DNA of 64,000 nucleotides from an uncultured bacterium (GTDB lineage: Bacteria > Actinomycetota > Acidimicrobiia > Spongiisociales > UBA5794), in the NCBI GenBank assembly GCA_963801165.1, contig CAWDDT010000004.1:32001-96000 (forward strand). The letters run 5' to 3'. The notes under the pieces are model-generated. The model saw only the letters and a list, made by a program, of their open reading frames with translations. It searched no databases and had not been told where the DNA came from. Positions 9,092 through 21,678 of the stretch are shown here, piece after piece. Position numbers and translations under genes: made by a program. Within the stretch, counting starts at the first letter, position 1. Every line of letters starts with the position of its first letter.

Positions 9092-10963
9092 ATGGCGTAC
9101 CAGAGACTGACCGAACCGCTCGTCCGCGACGGCGGGGTGTTGCGTCCCGCGACATGGGACGAAGCCCTCGACCGTATCGCTGCGGGCCTTGCCCCGTACC
9201 CGGGTCGCGAGTTCGGGATGTTCAGCTGTTCGAAGGCGACCAACGAGACGAACTACCTCGCCCAGAAGTTCGCGCGGGTGGTTATGGGGTCGCACAACGT
9301 CGACAGCTGCAACCGTACCTGACACGCTCCTTCGGTCGTCGGTCTGGCGACAGTGCTGGGAGCGGGAGGCGGAACATCCTCCTACGAAGAGATCGAGACC
9401 ACAGACGTCATCTTGCTGTGGGGGTCGAACGCGCGTGAGACGCACCCGATCTTCTTCCACCATCTCCTCAAGGGCCTCCGCAACGGCGCCAAGATGTACT
9501 CGATCGATCCGCGGCGTACCTCGTCCGCGGAGTTCGCCGACGTCTGGCTCGGCATCGATGTCGGTTCCGACATCGCCCTCGCCAACGCCGTCGGCCGTGA
9601 GATCATCACCGCCGGTCTGACCAACAACGCCTTCATCGAGCACTCGACCTCGGGCTTCGACGAGTACGCGGCTGCGGTCGACTCGTACACACTCGACCGG
9701 GCGGCGGAGATCACCGGTGTGCCCGCCGCTCTGATCAAGCAGATGGCACACGACTATGCATCCGCCGACACGGCACAGCTGTGCTGGACGCTCGGCATCA
9801 CCGAGCACCACAATGCCACCGACAACGTGTTCGCTCTCATCAACCTGGCGCTGCTCACCGGGCACGTCGGCCGCTACGGGTCGGGTCTCGTCCCGATCCG
9901 CGGGCAGAACAACGTGCAGGGCGGCGCCGACGTCGGCGGTCTGCCCAACAAGCTGCCGGGATACCAGAACATCGAGGATCCGGAGCATCTCGCCAAATTC
10001 AACGCCGCCTGGAACACCAACATGCCGGCCGAGAACGGCTGGCACATCTCCCGGATGTTCGACGCCATGGAGGACGGAGATCTGAAAGCGCTCTACGTCC
10101 TCGGTGAGAACCCGGCCCAGTCCGAGGCGGACAGTGGGCGTGCGGTTCGGTGTCTCGAGAGCCTCGACTTCATGGTGGCGCAGGACATGTTCCTCACCAA
10201 GACTGCCGAGCTTGCGGATGTGGTGCTTCCTGCCGCAGCCGGGTGGGCGGAGACAGAAGGGACCGTCACCTCCTCGGAGCGGCGGACCCAGCGGGTGCGC
10301 CGTGCCGTCGAACCGCCCGGGGAGGCCAAGGACGACATCGAGATCCTGGCGCTGGTGGCGCAACACATGGGCCATGACTGGCCGGTGCGGTCCGCATACG
10401 AGGTTTGGGAAGAGGTCAGGAGTGTCTCTCCGATGCACGCCGGGATGTCTTACGAGCGTCTCGAGAAGGAGGGCGGTCTGCAATGGCCGTGCCCGAGCGA
10501 GGATCACCCCGGGACGCAGTTCCTCCACGGGTGGTTGTGGGAGGACCCGATGCCGCGGGGCCCGGCACCGTTCACGCCCACCGAGTACGTCCCACCGCTC
10601 GATGAGCTCACCGACGAGTACCCGGTCCGGCTGACCACGGGCCGGCGGCTCGAGTCGTACAACACCGGCGTTCAGAGCGGCCGCTACAAGTCACCGAAGC
10701 GTCTCGGCGGGGTCATCGAGCTGGCCCCCGAGGACGGTGTCAATTATGGGGTTGCGGAGGGTGATCGCGTCATGGTGGTCTCCCGGAGGGGCAGCATCGA
10801 GGCGCCGGTGCGGTTCGCCCGCAACCTGCGTCCCGGTCTGGCGTTCATGGCGCTGCACTTTCCGGACGAGACAAACATCAATCTGCTCACCAACGAGTTC
10901 TGGGACCCCAAGGCCGGCACGGCCGAGTTCAAGGCGACCGCGGTGAGGATCCAGAAGGTCTGA
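9092..10963 (+). CDS. fdhF: Selenocysteine-containing formate dehydrogenase catalytic (Mo/W-bisPGD) subunit; in-frame TGA at 9320-9322 read as Sec
   Basis: AAGGAGG RBS before ATG 9092; frame reads NVDSCNRT-UGA-HAPSVVGL; RGQNNVQG, molydopterin C-terminal domain; the ORF track splits it in two. Confidence 0.93.
9323..9351 (+). promoter_or_regulatory. Bacterial SECIS hairpin
   Basis: Stem GTCGTC (9335-9340) pairs with GGCGAC (9346-9351) around loop GGTCT, starting 12 nt after the UGA, similar to the E. coli fdhF SECIS. Confidence 0.85.
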
Positions 10964-10967
10964 CCGG

Positions 10968-11906
10968 TCAGGCGCCGGCGTCCCACCAGTCGAGCACACG
11001 AAGCGCACGTAGGGTGTTCCAGCGACTCGGCGTTCCTACGTCACCCTCCATGTCGAAGTGGACCCGCCCGGGATGAACGCGATCGAGTAGCCACCGGCCG
11101 TCGGGCTGCCGCTTCGACCGCACGAGCTCCACTCCTTCTGCCATTCGGGGCTCCGGGTCGGTGCCGGCACGGCGGAAGTAATCGAGCGCCCGCAGGACGT
11201 CGTAGTGCCAGTAGTAGGGGAAGGCGAACTCGACATATGCGGGGTCGGCGATCGAGCCGGTGCTCTTGCGGCGGAACATGTTGTGCTCGAGCAGGTACTC
11301 CTCACCGCGGTGCCGGGCAGTCCGTACCTCGGCCGACCCGCCGGTCGCTCTCTCGAACTCAAGCAGCCCGTCGAGTACGTTGATCGTCGTGTCGAAAGAG
11401 GAGCGCACGGAACCGTTCTCGGCCTCACAGTTCCAACCGCCGTCGTCAAGTCGCTCTCCGAGGACTCGTGCGACGATCGGGGCGACGTCAACCCCGAAGT
11501 AGGCACCCGTCTCGATTGTCCGGCCATTTATGCACGGCTCGACCTCACCGTCGAAGTAGTGCTGCCCGGCGTGCTCCCAGCGACCGTTTTCGGCAACGAG
11601 GTCGATGGCCCGGTGGGCAGAATGCGCCGCCGGATCGAGCCCGAGAATCTGCAGCGTTTGCAGCGTATGCATCGTCGCCGTCCACGGTTGTCCCGGTTCA
11701 TTGCCGGTATAGGAGGCCGGGAAGCAGGCGCCGCCGTCCCAGAGCCCGTCGGGGTCCTCGGCATCGAGGAGACGGGCGCCCCAACCGTCGGTGGCGACAC
11801 GGGCTCTCTCTGCCGAGATGTCATCGGGGGAGGCGGATGCGAGGTCGCGCTTGACCTGCCAGCGGATGGCGGGGTCTCCCTCGAGGAGCCATTCGATCAC
11901 GTCCAT
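10968..11906 (-). CDS. Conserved hypothetical protein, prenyltransferase/squalene-cyclase-like alpha-alpha toroid
   Basis: QW-like repeats (DPDGLW, LDDGGWNC, QPDGRW), YWHYDVLRALDY, PSRWNTLRALRVL. Confidence 0.7.
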   Translation of the reverse strand: MDVIEWLLEGDPAIRWQVKRDLASASPDDISAERARVATDGWGARLLDAEDPDGLWDGGACFPASYTGNEPGQPWTATMHTLQTLQILGLDPAAHSAHRAIDLVAENGRWEHAGQHYFDGEVEPCINGRTIETGAYFGVDVAPIVARVLGERLDDGGWNCEAENGSVRSSFDTTINVLDGLLEFERATGGSAEVRTARHRGEEYLLEHNMFRRKSTGSIADPAYVEFAFPYYWHYDVLRALDYFRRAGTDPEPRMAEGVELVRSKRQPDGRWLLDRVHPGRVHFDMEGDVGTPSRWNTLRALRVLDWWDAGA

Positions 11907-11934
11907 GACCGGCAGATTACCGGGGGCGTGCGAC

Positions 11935-12303
11935 CTACTCCTCCCTGATGGCGTTCAGGTAGTTGTAGATGGTGATCCGGCTGACGTCCATGGTGTCGGC
12001 GACCGACTCGATCGACCTACGCAGCAGGAATGCGCCCTGCTCGTCGAGCCGGCGTAGGGCGACCTGCTTGCCGACCCGGTCCAGCTCGTTGAGCGGGGCG
12101 CCCAACTCCGTCTCGATGCGGGAGATCAAGATGTCGAGTGAATCCGACAGGGGAGGCAGACGAACCCCCGCGACCACTGTGCCGCGCCATGTGATTGGAA
12201 CGTCACCCCCGCTGAGATCCTCCGGTGCGATCGACTCCCCACCAATGGCCTCGAGCAGGGGGCGGATCGCAGCCAGAACGGCGTCAACATCGTCACTCAC
12301 CAT
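11935..12303 (-). CDS. YheO/DauR-type C-terminal HTH protein (no PAS domain)
   Basis: K..LRRLDEQGAFLLRRSIESVADTMDVSRITIYNYL. Confidence 0.82.
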   Translation of the reverse strand: MVSDDVDAVLAAIRPLLEAIGGESIAPEDLSGGDVPITWRGTVVAGVRLPPLSDSLDILISRIETELGAPLNELDRVGKQVALRRLDEQGAFLLRRSIESVADTMDVSRITIYNYLNAIREE

Positions 12304-12538
12304 GCACCTGGACCTGGATCGAGACGCGGCTTGCTCCCGCTGCGGTTGCGGCGTCCAGGAGATCCTTGACGGCCTCCATCACCAGGTCAGGCTCGCCACT
12401 TATGGTCGTGCCAAACGGTCCGATCTCCGGCTCGAAGCCGAGTGAGCGCACGGCAGCGAACGCGGCCTCAACGTGGGCACCGGGGTGCCCCACCTCGAAC
12501 GGCTCGACGAGGAACTCGGCGGTGCAGACTGAGGCCAC
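12293..12538 (-). CDS. Thiamine-binding-protein-fold small protein
   Basis: AEFLVEPF..EIGPFGTTISG..AGASRVSIQV; overlaps the HTH gene. Confidence 0.78.
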   Translation of the reverse strand: MASVCTAEFLVEPFEVGHPGAHVEAAFAAVRSLGFEPEIGPFGTTISGEPDLVMEAVKDLLDAATAAGASRVSIQVQVHGE

Positions 12539-12549
12539 TGGTCTTGCCT

Positions 12550-13539
12550 CTATCCGCCGAACATGCCGGCGAGATCGCTGCCGTCGGTCACCTGATCGGC
12601 GGGCGGCGCTTCGATGTTGATGTCGGCGCCGAAGTCGTACATCTCCCAGGTCATCGTCATCGACCCGAAACCGTTGGACGAGTCACCGGATCCATCGAAC
12701 TGCATCACCATCTTGTGCATGACGTTGTCGTCGCCGAGCCAGAACTCGACGGGCATCGTGTCCGGAAGCGTGCCAAAGCTATTCAGGTCGGTCTGGACCT
12801 GGGCGTCGGCGGCATCCATCATCCCGGCTACGTCAACGACCGCCCGGTAATGCGTCGTGTTCACCCCGCGCACCGTTTCCGTTCCGAGATCTTCGACGTT
12901 CGACCATGCCGAGGCACCCCACGCCTGCATCAGATCCTCCGGGTTGGTGGGCCCGGCGCCAAAGCCCGACGCCATGCCCCCGGCGTCGGTCGCGGGCATG
13001 CTGACCCAATCGGTCGTGATACCCAGCATCGAGAACAGACCGAAACGCATATAGGACGTGTCCCCGATCGTTCTGATCTCCATCTCACCGAAGAGGTCGC
13101 CCATGCCGGGCGGCATCGTCTCACCGGTGGGCGCCGCATTGGCCAGCTGCGACATGTCCAGGGTGAATGAGCTGTTGCCGGCGGTGTTGTCGAACTCACC
13201 GGAGAAACCCATGGTGACGTCGCCGGACGCGCCGGCGACGTCGGTCATCGTCATCGACCCTTCGATACGCCCGGATGTGGCGGCGGCGGAGTTGGCGAGT
13301 GCGGCTTGAAGGGCCGTAGCGTCACCACCCGACGAAGCCGTTGTGGTGGTCTCGGCCGCTTCGGTGGTTGCGGGCGCTGAGCTTGTTGTGGTCTCAGCTG
13401 CTGCCGCGGTTGTGCTCGCGGCGTCCGACGTCGCGGCGGCAACGGTGGTCGTGGACCCGCTGTCGGAATTCCCGTCGCTGCCACCACAGCCGGCTACGAG
13501 CATTGCGAGAGCGAATACGAGTGAGAGAAGTTTGCGCAT
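12550..13539 (-). CDS. Lipoprotein, LppX/LprAFG-like, with Thr/Ala-rich linker
   Basis: Lipobox LVAGC; GTETVRGVNTTHYR; YDFGADINIEAPP. Confidence 0.78.
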   Translation of the reverse strand: MRKLLSLVFALAMLVAGCGGSDGNSDSGSTTTVAAATSDAASTTAAAAETTTSSAPATTEAAETTTTASSGGDATALQAALANSAAATSGRIEGSMTMTDVAGASGDVTMGFSGEFDNTAGNSSFTLDMSQLANAAPTGETMPPGMGDLFGEMEIRTIGDTSYMRFGLFSMLGITTDWVSMPATDAGGMASGFGAGPTNPEDLMQAWGASAWSNVEDLGTETVRGVNTTHYRAVVDVAGMMDAADAQVQTDLNSFGTLPDTMPVEFWLGDDNVMHKMVMQFDGSGDSSNGFGSMTMTWEMYDFGADINIEAPPADQVTDGSDLAGMFGG

Positions 13540-13612
13540 TTCCTACCTCGATCCTTTTACAGATCGTTCACAGTAGTTGTCTGTCCGCGGAAGTCCAGAT
13601 TGCTCTCACGGG

Positions 13613-13631
13613 TTTTTACAAAATGTACAAA
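13613..13631. promoter_or_regulatory. Imperfect AT-rich palindrome between divergent operons (candidate operator)
   Basis: TTTTTACA-AAA-TGTACAAA, 45 nt upstream of the xdh ATG. Confidence 0.5.
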
Positions 13632-13676
13632 CGCCTAGACTAAGAGCACGATGCTTGTATTGAAGAGGAGGGTGTG

Positions 13677-16252
<2,576 letters not shown>

Positions 16253-16256
<4 letters not shown>

Positions 16257-17275
16257 CGGCAACAACGCCCGGGCTCGTTTGCGCCCACCATCACCTCTAC
16301 TCGGAGCTGGCGCGAGGCATGCCGCCGCCGCCCGAGGTCGCAACCAACTTCCAGGAGATCCTGGAGCAGATCTGGTGGCGGCTCGACGTTGCCCTCGACC
16401 TGGACATGCTGTATGCGTCGGCGCGACTCGGTGCCCTCGAGGCGCTCGAGGCGGGGACGACGGCGATCGTCGATCACAACGAGACGCCCAACGCCATCGA
16501 GGGCTCGCTGTCGGTCATCAAGCAGGCGTGTGACGAGGTCGGGGTGCGCATCCTGCCCGCCTACGGGATCACCGACCGGCACGGTGCCGACGGGGCCAGG
16601 CGTGGTCTCGCCGAGAACGAGCGGTTCATCAAGGATGGCAACAAGGCCCTGGTCGGTATCCACGCCAGCTTCACCTGCACCGACGAATCTCTGGAGGCGG
16701 CCGCCGGTTTGGCCACGGACCTCGGTGTCGGCGTTCACATCCATGTGTGCGAGGGGATCGGTGACGTCGATGCGCCGCGACGGCTCGAGGGACTGACCGG
16801 CGACAACTGGCTGCTCAGCCATTGTGTCCATCTTCCCACCGACCATAATCTGAAGGGCACGATCCTCCACAACCCGCGCTCCAACTTGAACAACGGGGTC
16901 GGCTACGCCAATCCGGTGCGCTTCATTAATCCCGTCGCGCTCGGCACCGACGGCATCGGGGCCAACATGATCGAGTCGTTCCGGCTCGCCTACGTGATGC
17001 ACCGCTCCGTTGATGTCACCGCCGGTCCCGACCCCGCCTGGTCCTGGCTGGAGGAGGGATGGAACATCGTTCCCGAAGCCAGAGAAGACGAAGTCACCTG
17101 GTCTTATGACCCGATGGACCCGTGGCACCTCGCCTTCACCGCCGGGGTGCACCCGCTCGAAGTGAAGGTCGGGGGAGAGGTCGTATTCAGTGACGGCAAG
17201 CCCACCAGGGTCGACGCGGACGAGGTCCGTGCCAAGGCCCGGGAGCAAGCCGAGAGATTGCACGCCAAACTGTGA
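16253..17275 (+). CDS. ssnA: SsnA-like amidohydrolase
   Basis: PGLVCAHHHLYSELARG, WWRLD, GTTAIVDH, HASFT, HIHVCE, LGTDG. Confidence 0.82.
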
Positions 17276-17285
17276 GGAGGCGCTG

Positions 17286-20200
17286 ATGTCGGATCGTTTC
17301 CATCCCGTGACGATGGAACAGCTGACCGATTGGGTTTTCACCGAGCTCGATCAGAAGGACTCGATCTTCGGTATACCCCGGGCCTCGTTCTTCGTCCCGT
17401 CGTCTGCTGACCGGTTCCGGATAGAGAAGTACGGCCAGCTGCTCGAGACCCCCTTCGGCGTTGCTGCCGGCCCCCACACCCAGATGGCGCAGAACATCAT
17501 TGTGTCGTGGTTGGTCGGCGCCCGTTTCCTCGAGCTGAAGACAATCCAGACGCTCGACGAGCTCGACGTCAACAAGCCGTGCATCGATATCGAGGATGAG
17601 GGCTACAACGTGGAGTGGTCCCAGGAGCTCAAGGTCTTCGAGTCCTTCGACGAATACCTGCGCGCCTGGGTGCTGATTCACGCCCTGCACAAGAAGCTGG
17701 GCTTCCCCGGCGACTCACCCGGGGTGATCTTCAACATGTCCGTCGGCTACAACCTCGAGGGCATCAAGAAGCCGAACGTGCAGTGGTTCCTCGACACGAT
17801 GGCCGATGCTTCCGCTTATAAGCAGGCGTTCGTCGATATCGTCGCCGAGCACTATCCCGAGATCCGTGACATCGACATCCCCGATACCGTTTCGGATACC
17901 ATCACTCTGTCGACGATGCACGGCTGCCCACCGGACGAGATCGAGGCGATCGTCCTCTACCTGCTCAACGAGCGCAACATCCACACCTCGGTCAAGTGCA
18001 ACCCGACACTCCTCGGGGCGGACCGGGTGCGCGGCATCATCAACGACGACCTCGGGTTCACCGACATACCGGTGCCCGACGAAGCCTTCGGTCACGATCT
18101 CAAGTACGTCGACGCCGTCCCGATGTTCCACAATCTACGCCGGGTCGCCAGGACCAATGGGCTCACTTTTGGCCTCAAGCTGAGCAACACGCTGGAGGTA
18201 GAGAACCACCGCCGCGTCTTTGAGTCCGACGAGATGATGTACCTGTCGGGCCGGGCTCTCCACGCCGTTACCACCAACCTGGCGCTGCGGCTCACCGAGG
18301 AGTTCAACGGTGACCTGCTCGTGTCCTACGCCGGAGGCGCCGACGCTTTCAACGTGTCGGATCTGTTGCGGTCGGGCATGAAGACGATCACGGTGTGCTC
18401 CGACCTGCTCAAGACCGGTGGTTACCTGCGTCTCCCGCAATACATCGAGGAGCTCAACAAGGCGCTCGACAAGGCGGGGGCGGCTGATCTCAGTGAGTTC
18501 ATCGCCAATACGGCGCTGGAGCAGGAGAACATGGGCGATTTCGCCTCGACCCTTGCCTACGGTGCCCTCACCGAGAGCGGGCTCAACCTCACCCCTGCTC
18601 AGGCGGCGTCTCTCAGCGACGCTCTACGGTCGGTGAGCGACGGTCAATCGTCTATTGCGGCGATCGAGAGCTGGGCCGGGGAAAACGGCTTCGACGCGAA
18701 CCGCAGCGGCGAACTCGTGGCGCTGACAATCAACGCGCTCAAGCGGGTAAACCTGCGTCAGTACGCCGGCTTTGTCCGCACCGACTGGCGCTACCAGAAG
18801 GGGTCGTTCCGCACCGACCGCTCCAAGACCGAACGGGAATTGCACCTCTTCGACTGCATCCAGGCTCCCTGTGTCGACGAGTGCCCGGTCGACCAGGACG
18901 TGCCCGCCTACATGAGGGCGGTTCGGGAAGGCGACTATGCCAGGGCGGTATCGATCGTCCGCGCCGACAACCCGCTCGGCTCGATACTCGGTCGGGTTTG
19001 TGACCACCTGTGCGAGACGACGTGCATCAGAACCCATCTCGACGAGCCGTTGGCCATCCGCGAGATGAAGCGGTTCATCATGGAGCACGAGACGGCGAAC
19101 GGGAAGACGGCCGCCCCGGGGTCGGCTGCGAAGGTTGCGATCATCGGCGCCGGGCCCGCCGGCATCGCCGCAGGTGAGGAACTCGGCCGCGCCGGGCTCT
19201 CGGTGACGATCTTCGAAGCCCATCCCTACGCAGGCGGGATGGTCGGAGGTGCCATCCCCGTGTACCGGATCCCGCAGGCCAACATCGATCAGGACCTGCA
19301 GAGGCTTCAGGATCTCGGTGTTGAGATCAAGTACAGCATGAAGGCGGGTCGCGACTTCACCCTGGCCGACTTGCGTGACCAGGGGTATCGGTACACCTTC
19401 GTCGCGGTGGGGGCTCAGCTGCCCAAACATCTCGGCTTCGAAGGAGAGGACGCCGAAGGCGTGATCGATGCGCTCGCATTCCTCCGCAGCGTGCGCGAAG
19501 GTCACCCGATGCCGGTCGGTCCTCGCGTTGGTGTCGTCGGCGCCGGCGACACCGCCATGGACTGTGTGCGATCTGCATGGCGGGTCGGTGCAACCGAGAC
19601 ATCGTTGATATACCGCCGCACCAGAGACCAGATGCCCGCCGATCGCGAGGAGGTCCACGAGTCGCTTGCCGAGGGCGTTCGGTTCGTCGAGCTGGCCAAC
19701 CCGCATGCGCTCCATGTCGAGGACGGCAAACTGCGGGGTCTGGTGTGCACCAGGACCGAGTACCGGGGCGACCGTGACGAATCGGGCCGGAAGATCCCAT
19801 TCGACGTTCCCGACTCCGAGTTCGAGATCGAGTTGGACACGCTGATCCTGGCGATCAGCCAGCACTCGCTGCTCGACTTCTTCGGCGACGAGCCACCCGA
19901 TCTGACCTCCAAGGGCTACCTGGTCGTCGACCCGGTCAGTCTCGAGACGACGCTCCCCGGCGTCTATGCAGGCGGCGACGTAGCCGCTCACGGCCCGTCG
20001 TCAATCGTCAAGGCGGCCGCCGACGGCAAAGCGGTGGCGGCGGCGATCATAAAAGCCGTTTCGGGAACGCCGGTACCGATGCCGGTGACCTGGAAGCCGT
20101 TGGAGCTGGATCTCTCCGGGATGGTGGCGCGACGGGCCCGCCGTGAATATCGGGTGCCGGTGCGCCACGCGCCGCTCGATGAGCGCGACAACTTCGATGA

Positions 20201-20861
20201 GACCCTTCACGGGTACACGGTCGAAGAAGCGCAGACCGAGGCTTCGCGTTGTCTCGACTGCGACACCATCTGCAGCCTCTGTGTCGGGGTCTGTCCCAAC
20301 ATGGCATTGATGACCTATCAGATGTCCCCGTTCCGGGCCGAGCTACCGGCACTCGCGGTCGACAACGGTGCGGTGGCCGTTGGAGAGAAAGCGACCTTCC
20401 GGGTGGATCAGTCGCTCCAGATCGCTGTCCTCACCGACTTCTGCAATGAATGCGGTGACTGTGTCACCGCGTGCCCGACGTCGGGTGAGCCGTACCGGGA
20501 CAAGCCGAGGCTTTACCTCGACAGGGCGGATTTCGAGTCGCAGAGCGACAACGCCTTCTGGGTCAGCCGGGACGGTGACACATCGGTGGTTGAGGCGCGC
20601 TTCGGCGGGGAGACACACAGCCTGGCTATCAATGGCCAGGTTGAGTACACGACACCCGCCCTGCGGGCCATCCTGGAGCCCGACACGCTGGCTCTGGTGG
20701 CGGCCGAAACTGGAGCCGGAGCGACAGACGGGCAGCAGTTGACGCTGGAGCCCGCCGCCCAGATGTACACGCTGTGGCGGGGCCTCGACGGGTCGATGCC
20801 GCAGATACCTCATGCCGGTGTTGCCGGTACAAGGATTGGTCATCCCGGCTACCAGGAGTAA
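17286..20861 (+). CDS. ygfK: YgfK-type Fe-S flavoprotein oxidoreductase (DPD/GltD-like)
   Basis: MSDRF, GVAAGPHTQMAQNI, ELKTIQ, YNVEWSQEL, KLSNTL, GAGPAG, GAGDTAMD, C-terminal ferredoxin motifs; GAGGAGG RBS. Confidence 0.9.
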   Translation: MSDRFHPVTMEQLTDWVFTELDQKDSIFGIPRASFFVPSSADRFRIEKYGQLLETPFGVAAGPHTQMAQNIIVSWLVGARFLELKTIQTLDELDVNKPCIDIEDEGYNVEWSQELKVFESFDEYLRAWVLIHALHKKLGFPGDSPGVIFNMSVGYNLEGIKKPNVQWFLDTMADASAYKQAFVDIVAEHYPEIRDIDIPDTVSDTITLSTMHGCPPDEIEAIVLYLLNERNIHTSVKCNPTLLGADRVRGIINDDLGFTDIPVPDEAFGHDLKYVDAVPMFHNLRRVARTNGLTFGLKLSNTLEVENHRRVFESDEMMYLSGRALHAVTTNLALRLTEEFNGDLLVSYAGGADAFNVSDLLRSGMKTITVCSDLLKTGGYLRLPQYIEELNKALDKAGAADLSEFIANTALEQENMGDFASTLAYGALTESGLNLTPAQAASLSDALRSVSDGQSSIAAIESWAGENGFDANRSGELVALTINALKRVNLRQYAGFVRTDWRYQKGSFRTDRSKTERELHLFDCIQAPCVDECPVDQDVPAYMRAVREGDYARAVSIVRADNPLGSILGRVCDHLCETTCIRTHLDEPLAIREMKRFIMEHETANGKTAAPGSAAKVAIIGAGPAGIAAGEELGRAGLSVTIFEAHPYAGGMVGGAIPVYRIPQANIDQDLQRLQDLGVEIKYSMKAGRDFTLADLRDQGYRYTFVAVGAQLPKHLGFEGEDAEGVIDALAFLRSVREGHPMPVGPRVGVVGAGDTAMDCVRSAWRVGATETSLIYRRTRDQMPADREEVHESLAEGVRFVELANPHALHVEDGKLRGLVCTRTEYRGDRDESGRKIPFDVPDSEFEIELDTLILAISQHSLLDFFGDEPPDLTSKGYLVVDPVSLETTLPGVYAGGDVAAHGPSSIVKAAADGKAVAAAIIKAVSGTPVPMPVTWKPLELDLSGMVARRARREYRVPVRHAPLDERDNFDETLHGYTVEEAQTEASRCLDCDTICSLCVGVCPNMALMTYQMSPFRAELPALAVDNGAVAVGEKATFRVDQSLQIAVLTDFCNECGDCVTACPTSGEPYRDKPRLYLDRADFESQSDNAFWVSRDGDTSVVEARFGGETHSLAINGQVEYTTPALRAILEPDTLALVAAETGAGATDGQQLTLEPAAQMYTLWRGLDGSMPQIPHAGVAGTRIGHPGYQE

Positions 20862-20931
20862 CCCGCCGTATCCGTACCCTCTCCGGTAGGCTTGCGACCC
20901 GAGGGAGCCACCGCAGAGGGAGGAGAGCTTC

Positions 20932-21669
20932 ATGCAACGGTGGATTGTGGTGGGGATCGGTGTCGTGATCGTGGCCGCGGTGGTCGCAATCCTGGCGGCA
21001 AGCGGCGGGGATACAGTCACCGAGACGACGCTCGCCACCGACGACACGACGACCTCGACGGAAGCGGCCGGGACGACCCTGTCGGCCCCGGGCACAGCCG
21101 GCGTGACGCAGACCACGTCGGCTAGTACGACGGTAACGGCGGCCGCGAGCTGCCAGCAAGTGCAAACCGACTACGTCGTCGGTCAAGGCTGGTTCTCCAA
21201 CTTCACCGATCACCAGGTGCCAAACGGGGGAGAGATCGTCGACAACACTCTCTATGCGTGGAACGTCGTGCAGATCCAGTTTCCCGTCGATGGCGGACCG
21301 ATGTACCTGTACGGCAGCGCTTTCCTCACGAGGGACAACGGGGACATCGAGACGTATGGGTTTGTGCGCGATAGCCGCAGGGAGCCGGCCCCGGCGGGTG
21401 GCTCGGTTCTGCGCTACGACCCGGCGACCCAGACGATCGCAGGCGAGGTGCCGGTGTCGGCCTCGGTGACGTCTACTGCGGGGACGACACCCGCAAAGTT
21501 CGACGAGCCGGGCACCGTGGCCGCGCAATACGACCCGGCGAGCGGTGCCGTGACCGGTACCGTCACCTATTCGCAGCTGACTCTGGAGCTGCAGGTGTCG
21601 ACATCGGAAGAGGTCCTCGACGTCTTCACAACCCCGGAGTGTTGGGACACGCTTGTCGAACAGCCGTGA
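20932..21669 (+). CDS. Hypothetical secreted or membrane-anchored protein
   Basis: N-terminal hydrophobic helix, Thr-rich linker, beta-rich domain bracketed by two Cys; GGAGG RBS. Confidence 0.7.
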   Translation: MQRWIVVGIGVVIVAAVVAILAASGGDTVTETTLATDDTTTSTEAAGTTLSAPGTAGVTQTTSASTTVTAAASCQQVQTDYVVGQGWFSNFTDHQVPNGGEIVDNTLYAWNVVQIQFPVDGGPMYLYGSAFLTRDNGDIETYGFVRDSRREPAPAGGSVLRYDPATQTIAGEVPVSASVTSTAGTTPAKFDEPGTVAAQYDPASGAVTGTVTYSQLTLELQVSTSEEVLDVFTTPECWDTLVEQP

Positions 21670-21678
21670 CGGCTTGTC

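Noticed and set aside
8867-9322. FDH catalytic subunit as a nonsense pseudogene or two separate genes
   Set aside because: The TGA is at the Mo-ligand position and is followed by a SECIS hairpin
10968-11906. Squalene-hopene cyclase
   Set aside because: Too short and lacks a DxDD catalytic motif; only the fold resembles it
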